Source: Candidatus Iainarchaeum sp.
GTDB lineage: Archaea; Iainarchaeota; Iainarchaeia; Iainarchaeales; JAFCCJ01
Length of the DNA: 14,012 bases
Reading direction: 5' to 3'
Assembly (NCBI GenBank): GCA_043816965.1
Contig: JBDRHK010000001.1
Location: 1-14,012, forward strand
Below the pieces are notes generated by a model. It was not told the DNA's origin. It did not search any database and saw nothing but the letters and a program-made list of their open reading frames with translations. The translations under genes and the position numbers were made by a program. Positions 7,781 to 14,012 of this stretch are shown here, in pieces. The stretch's first letter is position 1. Each line of letters starts with the position of its first letter.

Positions 7781-7809
7781 ACTGATGCTGGATTTCGTCT
7801 GGCAACAGT
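7781..7809 (+). terminator. 3' stem-loop after the 59-aa gene (stabiliser or terminator)
   Basis: ACTG-A-TGCTGGA / TTTCG loop / TCTGGCA-A-CAGT: 11 pairs including two G-U wobbles and one A-A mismatch, starting 6 nt after the stop. No long U tract follows. Confidence 0.45.
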
Positions 7810-7872
7810 CATTTAAAGCTTTCATTAATCAATTATTTATAGCTGTTTAATTGCTGGTTATTTGGTGGAATT

Positions 7873-9426
7873 ATGGCACTTACAATTGAATCATTGGAGA
7901 ATGCGAAGGATGCGCTCCCTAAAGTTTTGAACGATTTCTCGGCGAAAAATAAGGATATTTACCTTGCAGATGCCAGAATTGAAGTATTTGAGGGGAAATC
8001 TGCTGCCGCAATTCAGGGGAATATTAAGGGCGCCACCGAGGACTGGGGCTTGGCCACAGGAGTAAGGTGCTTTGCGAAAAAGGACAATGTTGTTGCAGGG
8101 GGCTTTATTGGCAGAAGTATGGGTGAGGCAGAGCTTGCAAATATTGAGCTGGAATTAGAGGAAATGTTGGGAATTGCGTTGAAACGGGCAAGGCGGAATG
8201 CCGGATGGAAGGCAAAGGCAATTAATGATGCCGGATTCTTTGGCAAGAGCCTGTATTCAACAAAACTGGCAGATATTGCGCCAGCTGTCGATAATTGGGA
8301 AATTCCCTACAAAAAGAACCCAGGGGATGTTTCATTGGAGGAAATTATTAAGAGGGTTGAGGATAATTCTAAAGCAATTCAGGAAACTGAAGGAATCGCG
8401 TCCAATACTGTTGCAATGGTAACTGGTTTAGGGAGAAAGATTTTCGCGTCAACTGAGGGGGCGTTGATTGACCAGAAGAAAGCGCTTACCGAGGCATTTA
8501 TTTATGTGGTTGCCCAGGGGAAGGCGATTGATAGCTTTTATGATACACTCGGAGGATGGAAAGGTGTTGAGGTTTTAGATGGGGTGAATGAGTTTGATAA
8601 AACACTCGAGGAATTTGGAAAATATCTTGCGGAAGGGACTGTGGAATTGAGCAATGCCCCTGCAATGAAGAAGACTGAAAATGCGACTGTAATTCTTGAC
8701 CCATGGTATAACGCGCTTTTGAGCCATGAAATTACAGGCCACCCAAATGAGGCTGACAGGGCGTTAAAGAAAGAGGCAGCATGGGCAGGAAGGGCCTGGT
8801 GGTTTAAGGGAATTGATGACAATAAATTCGGTGAGCAGGTCGCAAGCGAGGAACTTACTGTTTTTTCAGACCCAACTATTGAAGGTTACGGGAATTACAA
8901 ATATGATGATGAGGGAGTAAAGGCGAAAAGAATAATTAATATTGACAAGGGAATTTTGAATGAATTTTTGAACAGCAGGGAGACTGCCGCGATTTTGGGG
9001 AAAGAGCCCAATGGAGGCATGCGCGCAACAAGTGCCGAAAATATGCCTTTGGTGAGAATGAACAACACCTGCTTCGCCCCTGGTAGCTGGAAGAAAGATG
9101 AACTCTTTGAGGATACCAAGGACGGCTATTATATAGTTGGGCAAAAAATTCCAAGCATTGGTGAGACAAGGCAGAATTTCAAAATAACATGCTGGAAAGT
9201 TTATAAGATTAAAAATGGTGAATTGGGGCAGCTGTACAGGAGCGGGGGAGTTACAGGAGACTCCTACACAGTTTTGAAAAGCATCGATGCCGTTGCAGAT
9301 GATTTTTCCATCCACAATATTCCAAATTGCGGAAAGGGAACACCTATGCAGACAATGAAGGTTGGAAATGGCGGCCCGCATCTAAGGGCAAAGGCAACTG
9401 TTTCAGGGAGCCATATGGGTGAGTAA
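7873..9426 (+). CDS. tldD: TldD family metalloprotease (catalytic subunit)
   Basis: HExxxH zinc motif HEITGH followed by E-ADR, YDDEG, RMNNT, and the C-terminal metal-ligand Cys motif CGKG..Q...VGNGGP. GGTGG RBS. Confidence 0.93.
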   Translation: MALTIESLENAKDALPKVLNDFSAKNKDIYLADARIEVFEGKSAAAIQGNIKGATEDWGLATGVRCFAKKDNVVAGGFIGRSMGEAELANIELELEEMLGIALKRARRNAGWKAKAINDAGFFGKSLYSTKLADIAPAVDNWEIPYKKNPGDVSLEEIIKRVEDNSKAIQETEGIASNTVAMVTGLGRKIFASTEGALIDQKKALTEAFIYVVAQGKAIDSFYDTLGGWKGVEVLDGVNEFDKTLEEFGKYLAEGTVELSNAPAMKKTENATVILDPWYNALLSHEITGHPNEADRALKKEAAWAGRAWWFKGIDDNKFGEQVASEELTVFSDPTIEGYGNYKYDDEGVKAKRIINIDKGILNEFLNSRETAAILGKEPNGGMRATSAENMPLVRMNNTCFAPGSWKKDELFEDTKDGYYIVGQKIPSIGETRQNFKITCWKVYKIKNGELGQLYRSGGVTGDSYTVLKSIDAVADDFSIHNIPNCGKGTPMQTMKVGNGGPHLRAKATVSGSHMGE

Positions 9427-9427
9427 G

Positions 9428-10876
9428 ATGATTGAGATTAATGAATTGAAAGCAGCGGTCGAGGAAGGCCTTAAACTGGTAGAGAAAAAGAAAGGGGTTA
9501 AAGAGGCTGAGGTTTATGCCTCGAGCAACCATCTCTCAACAATGAGGATTTGTTATGCGACAAATGTCCCCTCAAACGGTTTGGAGGAACCGAAAAGCCT
9601 TGAGGATTTCGGGCTGAGTGTTAGGGTTTTGTTTAGCAACGGGATGGTTGGTTTTGGGAGTGTTGATTCTGATTTATCTTCAGCAGGAATTGAGGAGGCA
9701 TTTAGGAAAGCGGAGAGAAATAAGGTGATGGATACTGATTTCCATTCATTGCCCTCGCCAAAAGGAAAACCTAAAATCAGCAATTACCATGATAAGGAAA
9801 TCATGGATTTGGATGACGGGAGGATGATTGATTCTGCCTGGGCCACGCTAAATGCCGCATTTAATGCGCTGGAGGCGAAAAAGTTCCACAAAAATCTGAA
9901 CATAACTGGGGAATTGAATTATCTCGGGGAAAGGATGGCTATTGTGAACACAAATGGCATTGACGCAACAGATGAAAGCACAATTTCCTTGGGGACACTT
10001 ACGACAATTTTTGAGCTGGAGAAGGATGTTGCAGGAATGTGGTTTGATTCCTCCCCAATTATGAAAAAACTGGATGTCGAGAAGATAGGGGCAACTTCTG
10101 TTGAAAAGGCGCTGAAATTAATTGATGCAAAGAGCCTGGATTCCGGGGATTATAAAGTTGTTTTGGGAAGGCAGGTTGTCTCCGACCTCATGTACAGCAG
10201 GTTTGCTGTTGAGCTGAATTCCTATGACCAGAAATCAACACCTTATGTCGGTAAATTGGATACTCAAATTTGGAGCAATAGCATGGCTGTTAGCGATGAT
10301 GCTTTGCTAAAGGATGCGATTGGGACAAAGGCAATAACTGATGAGGGTTTGCCAACCGCAAAAACTGAATTGGTTAAGGATGGGAAACTGGTGAATCTCC
10401 TTTCGAATGATTATTACGCGAAGAAGTATAAGGGTGATGAAAGGTTTAATGCGGCAAATGGCTTCAGATTCGGCGGAGGGGGAAGGAATTATGGTTCAGA
10501 TGCCGGAATCCATGCGACAAATATTGTTATTGAGCCGGGCGAATTTTCAGATGAGGAACTGGTTAAGGCTGTCAATGACGGAATCTATATTGGGAGGATT
10601 TGGTACAGCTATCCTGTGAATGGAAGCGCCTCAAGTGATTTCACCTCCACAATCAGGGGAGATAGTTACATAATTAAGAACGGGGAAATCGATAAGGGCC
10701 TGATTCCCAACACTTTCAGGATTAATGATAATTTGGACAGGATTTTTAACAGGGTTATTGGCCTGAGCAAGGAGAAACTGGCGACTATTGCATGGGGGCA
10801 GGAAGCGGTTGTTGTCACCCCGGAGATTGCGGTGGAAAGCATCAGGCTGGACAGGATTGCGAAGGGATTGTATTAA
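9428..10876 (+). CDS. tldE: TldE/PmbA family protein (non-catalytic partner of TldD)
   Basis: EAEVY, GLSVRV...G, TDEG, LVKDGKL, SDFT, YIIKNGEI, TP motifs; no HExxH; directly follows tldD. ATG 9428 preferred because GGTGA (9418-9422) lies 5 nt upstream; the ORF track gives GTG 9419. Confidence 0.9.
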   Translation: MIEINELKAAVEEGLKLVEKKKGVKEAEVYASSNHLSTMRICYATNVPSNGLEEPKSLEDFGLSVRVLFSNGMVGFGSVDSDLSSAGIEEAFRKAERNKVMDTDFHSLPSPKGKPKISNYHDKEIMDLDDGRMIDSAWATLNAAFNALEAKKFHKNLNITGELNYLGERMAIVNTNGIDATDESTISLGTLTTIFELEKDVAGMWFDSSPIMKKLDVEKIGATSVEKALKLIDAKSLDSGDYKVVLGRQVVSDLMYSRFAVELNSYDQKSTPYVGKLDTQIWSNSMAVSDDALLKDAIGTKAITDEGLPTAKTELVKDGKLVNLLSNDYYAKKYKGDERFNAANGFRFGGGGRNYGSDAGIHATNIVIEPGEFSDEELVKAVNDGIYIGRIWYSYPVNGSASSDFTSTIRGDSYIIKNGEIDKGLIPNTFRINDNLDRIFNRVIGLSKEKLATIAWGQEAVVVTPEIAVESIRLDRIAKGLY

Positions 10877-10946
10877 TTTAATTCTAATCCCGCATTGTAA
10901 GTGAAAAGTAGTATATATATCTTTTCTGCGGGGCCCGGATTTATCA

Positions 10947-10954
10947 TTTATAAA
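10947..10954 (+). promoter_or_regulatory. Archaeal TATA box TTTATAAA for the nad operon
   Basis: Consensus TTTAWAWA-type box ending 36 nt upstream of GTG 10991, followed by a GGTGG RBS at 10982-10986. Confidence 0.65.
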
Positions 10955-10990
10955 ATTTTGTTTTCACAATACTATTTATTTGGTGGTTGC

Positions 10991-11812
10991 GTGCTCACAA
11001 AAAATGCAAAGAAAAAACTAATTTCTTTTCTCAGGGATGATGCTGCCTCCAGAGATGTGACAAGTGCACTTATTCCGAAGAGGAGAGTGGTTGCATATAT
11101 TGAAGCCCGGGAGAAAACAGTCCTTGCCGGCGGGGAGGAGGCAGCATTTATTTTCAGGAAGAATAAGTGCAGGGTAAGGCAGCTGAAAAAAGATGGTGCT
11201 TTGGTCAAAAAAGGCAAGCGTGTGATGAGGATTGAGGGCGAGAACAGGAAAATTCTCGCGATTGAGAGAACTGCGCTGAATGTTATGGGGAGAATGGGCG
11301 GGGTTGCAACAATCTGCGGCAAGGCATCCTCTATTGCAGGAGGGCGGTCTGAAATAATGCTAACCCGCAAAGTTATGCCTGGTTTTAATGAGTTTGATAA
11401 AAAGGCCTGCAGATTTGGCGGGGTTTCTCCGCACAGGAAAAATCTTGCAGATATGGTGCTGATAAAGGAAAACCATTTGAAATTCAGTTCTATTGAGGAA
11501 CTGGTTAAGAGGGCGAAAAAGAAAAAACTGGGGAAAATTGAGGTCGAGGTTGAAAATCTGAGTGAGGCGATTGAGGCCGCGGAATTGGAGGCCGATATCA
11601 TAATGCTTGATAATTTTTCCCCGGCCGGTGCGAAAAAGGCGGTGAAAGTGATTAGGAGCCTTTCAGGGGCAAAAATTGAGCTTTCCGGCGGCATCAATTT
11701 AAAGAATTTGAGGCAATATCTATCATCAGGGGCGGACATGATTTCAATGGGAGAACTTACAAAAAAGGCAAAAATGGCTGATTTTTCACTTTATACGGGG
11801 CGAAGAGGATGA
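10991..11812 (+). CDS. nadC: Quinolinate phosphoribosyltransferase (decarboxylating)
   Basis: DVTS, ERTALN, TRK, HR..L.D.VLIKENH, EVEVE, IMLDNF, SGGI motifs; operon with nadA and nadX. Start moved from 10901 to GTG 10991 on RBS and TATA position. Confidence 0.93.
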   Translation: MLTKNAKKKLISFLRDDAASRDVTSALIPKRRVVAYIEAREKTVLAGGEEAAFIFRKNKCRVRQLKKDGALVKKGKRVMRIEGENRKILAIERTALNVMGRMGGVATICGKASSIAGGRSEIMLTRKVMPGFNEFDKKACRFGGVSPHRKNLADMVLIKENHLKFSSIEELVKRAKKKKLGKIEVEVENLSEAIEAAELEADIIMLDNFSPAGAKKAVKVIRSLSGAKIELSGGINLKNLRQYLSSGADMISMGELTKKAKMADFSLYTGRRG

Positions 11813-12327
11813 AAAGAGGGTTGATTGTGGGGAGGTTCCAGCCCTACCATTTGGGGCACCACAATGCGATAAAGAATATTTTGAAAGAAGTTGATGAAGT
11901 GGTTATTGTGGTAGGTTCCACAATGGAATCCTATCTCGAGGAGGACCCTTTCACCGCAGGGGAAAGGGTGGAGATGATTTCCCGCGCTCTGAAGGCTGAA
12001 GGTATTTTTGAGAAATGTTTCATAATTCCGGTTCCTAATGTAGATGAATATGCGCTCTGGACAGGGAGGATAAGAAGCTATACTCCCAACTTTGATGTTG
12101 TTTATTCAAATAATCCTTTGGTGAAAAAACTGTTCGAGGCCGATGGTGTGGAAGTCAGGAAAATGGTTTCCAACCGCAGGGAAATTGATTCTGTCAAGAT
12201 TAGGAAGGCAATGATGAACGGCACGGAATGGAAACAGCTTGTGCCGAAGGAAGTTGCCGATTATTTAAATAAACTTGGCGCGGTTGAAAGATTGAAAGCC
12301 ATAATAGAGGAAGAGAAAAAGCAGTAG
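11809..12327 (+). CDS. nadM: Nicotinamide/nicotinate-nucleotide adenylyltransferase (archaeal NMNAT)
   Basis: GRFQPYHLGH (HxGH), VGS, DPFTAGER, W..LVP..V. ATGA overlap with nadC. Confidence 0.95.
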   Translation: MKRGLIVGRFQPYHLGHHNAIKNILKEVDEVVIVVGSTMESYLEEDPFTAGERVEMISRALKAEGIFEKCFIIPVPNVDEYALWTGRIRSYTPNFDVVYSNNPLVKKLFEADGVEVRKMVSNRREIDSVKIRKAMMNGTEWKQLVPKEVADYLNKLGAVERLKAIIEEEKKQ

Positions 12328-12336
12328 CTGGTTCGA

Positions 12337-13086
12337 ATGAAAATCGGCCTTATTGGTTTTGGAACTATTGGTCAGGAATTATTTAAGAGGATTCAGAATG
12401 ATGAGGGAATGGAAATTAGTTTTGTTTTTGATATTGATAAAGACATATTGAGAGAAATTAATTCCTCGCTTGTTGTTGAATCTGTTGAAAGGGGTTTGGA
12501 AAGGAATCCAGATTTGGTTGTTGAGGCCGCGGGCTTTGAAGCTGTTAAAGAGTATGCCAAAATGGTTTTGCATAAATGTGATTTTTTGATTCTTTCATCA
12601 TCTGCACTTGCTTTCGGGGAAACTGAAAATATGATTAAAAAAGTGTGCGCCAGAAACAACACAAAACTTTACATTCCATCAGGGGCCATAATAGGGATGG
12701 ATGGAATTGGTGCTGTTAAGGATGAGCTTGATGAGCTAAGGATTGAGACAAAAAAGAATCCAAAAGGTTTTGGGAGAGATGATAAGGAAAAAACTGTGCT
12801 GTTTGATGGCTCCTCCCGTGAGGCCTGCAAGAAATTCCCAAAAAACGTGAATGTTTCCGCCACCCTCTCATTGAACGGGATTGGCCTGGATAAAACTAAA
12901 GTGAAAGTAATTAGTGACCCTTTATTGGAGAGAAACTGCCACTCAATTTTTGCAAAAGGCTCTTTCGGGGAATTTGAGATTCATGTCAGGGGAGTTCCCT
13001 CAAAAAACCCGAAAACAAGTTCACTTGCGGCAATTTCTGCATTTGACTTAATAAAGCGGATTAAGGACGGGATTGGTATTTATTAA
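12337..13086 (+). CDS. nadX: L-aspartate dehydrogenase
   Basis: Rossmann GFGTIG, VVEAA, PSGAIIGMDG, A...FPKNVNVSA, DP...N.H, NPKTSSLAA; lies between nadM and nadA. Confidence 0.95.
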   Translation: MKIGLIGFGTIGQELFKRIQNDEGMEISFVFDIDKDILREINSSLVVESVERGLERNPDLVVEAAGFEAVKEYAKMVLHKCDFLILSSSALAFGETENMIKKVCARNNTKLYIPSGAIIGMDGIGAVKDELDELRIETKKNPKGFGRDDKEKTVLFDGSSREACKKFPKNVNVSATLSLNGIGLDKTKVKVISDPLLERNCHSIFAKGSFGEFEIHVRGVPSKNPKTSSLAAISAFDLIKRIKDGIGIY

Positions 13087-13106
13087 TTTCCCTCCGGATT
13101 TTTTTT

Positions 13107-14012
13107 ATGGATTGGATTACTGAAATAAATAAATTGCGCAAGGAAAAGAACGCCATTATCCTAGCCCATAACTATCAGATTGGCGAAATCCAGGATTTGG
13201 GCGATTTTTCCGGGGATTCTTTGGAGCTGGCAAGGAAAGCCACAGAGACAGATGCAGAAATGATTGTAATGTGCGGGGTGGATTTTATGGCCGAAACCGC
13301 CAAAATCCTCAATCCTGAGAAGAAAGTTATTATTCCCTCCCTAAACGCAAAATGCCCTATGTCGGCAATGCTGAAAAGGCAGGAATTGCTGGAGGCAAAG
13401 GCTCAGCATCCTGAGGCGGATGTTGTTTTATATGTGAATTCCAGCGCTGACTGCAAGGCACTTGCGACTTCCTGCTGCACCTCTGCAAATGCGGATAAGG
13501 TTGTTAATGCAATGGAATCAGATGTTGTTATTTTTGGCCCTGACAGGAATTTGGCGGAATATGTGATGAAGAGGAGCGATAAGAAAATAATTCCTATCCC
13601 TGTAGATGGGCACTGCTACACCCACACCCAGATAAGGTTAGAGGGGGTTAAGGAGAAGATGGAAAAATACCTTGGTGCTGATTTGGTTGTCCATCCTGAA
13701 TGCTTCCAGGAGGTTCAGGAGATTGCGGACGCAATTGCCTCAACATCAGGAATGCTAAAGTATTGCAGGGAAAGTTCTGCAAAGGAATTTATTATCGGGA
13801 CTGAGTGCGGGATGCTGCACAGGCTGGAAAAGGAAAATCCAGGGAAAAAATTCTATCCCGCGTTTGATGATGCGATTTGCCTGCAGATGAAGGACATTAC
13901 ATTGGAGAAATTGTACAATTCTTTGAAGAACGAGCAGTTTGAGGTAAAGATTCCTCAAGATATTTCCGAAAAGGCGATTAAGGCCATTAATAGGATGCTG
14001 GAGATTACTTAA
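13107..14012 (+). CDS. nadA: Quinolinate synthase ([4Fe-4S])
   Basis: ILAHNYQ, GDSLELA, CGVDFMAETAKIL, three cluster Cys (CPM, HCYTH, ICLQMK), YVNSSA, HPEC, STSGM. Ends with TAA at 14010-14012. Confidence 0.97.
   Translation: MDWITEINKLRKEKNAIILAHNYQIGEIQDLGDFSGDSLELARKATETDAEMIVMCGVDFMAETAKILNPEKKVIIPSLNAKCPMSAMLKRQELLEAKAQHPEADVVLYVNSSADCKALATSCCTSANADKVVNAMESDVVIFGPDRNLAEYVMKRSDKKIIPIPVDGHCYTHTQIRLEGVKEKMEKYLGADLVVHPECFQEVQEIADAIASTSGMLKYCRESSAKEFIIGTECGMLHRLEKENPGKKFYPAFDDAICLQMKDITLEKLYNSLKNEQFEVKIPQDISEKAIKAINRMLEIT

Noticed and set aside
8013..9532. Several short alternative-frame and antisense ORFs inside tldD/tldE (similar ones lie inside purL, the radical SAM gene, DHH, nadX and nadA)
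   Set aside because: They lie within well-supported genes and show no RBS or motif support.
10901..10990. 30-residue hydrophobic N-terminal extension of NadC in the ORF track
   Set aside because: This stretch contains the TATA box and RBS; the true start is most likely GTG 10991.
10972..11739. 255-aa minus-strand ORF
   Set aside because: Antisense shadow of nadC, Ser/Phe-rich, with no recognisable domain.
10991..11812. ModD rather than NadC
   Set aside because: Operon context with nadA, nadX and nadM and absence of molybdate transport genes favour NadC.

Overview
Gene-dense, AT-rich housekeeping/anabolic region that looks archaeal (TTTAWA-type TATA boxes, GGTGA/GGTGG/GGAGG ribosome-binding sites, archaeal-type NMN adenylyltransferase and aspartate dehydrogenase). 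A DPANN/Diapherotrites-like host is my inference and is not proven. From left to right: a 5' fragment of purF on the minus strand (missed by the ORF track); a divergent FGAM-synthase operon made of a tandem-duplicated PurS, purL, an orphan very basic 92-aa ORF and purQ; three minus-strand genes (109-aa orphan, B12-binding radical SAM enzyme, DHH/DHHA1 RecJ-like phosphoesterase); a 59-aa small basic protein missed by the ORF track that resembles Cc1-type chromatin proteins, with a palindrome-rich upstream region and a 3' hairpin; a TldD/TldE(PmbA) protease pair; and a de novo NAD operon, nadC-nadM-nadX-nadA. I saw no CRISPR array, tRNA, rRNA or mobile element. The main items for follow-up are the unannotated small proteins, the split tandem-PurS/PurL architecture, and the small protein/TldDE/radical SAM neighbourhood. 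I cannot show a new system from the sequence alone.
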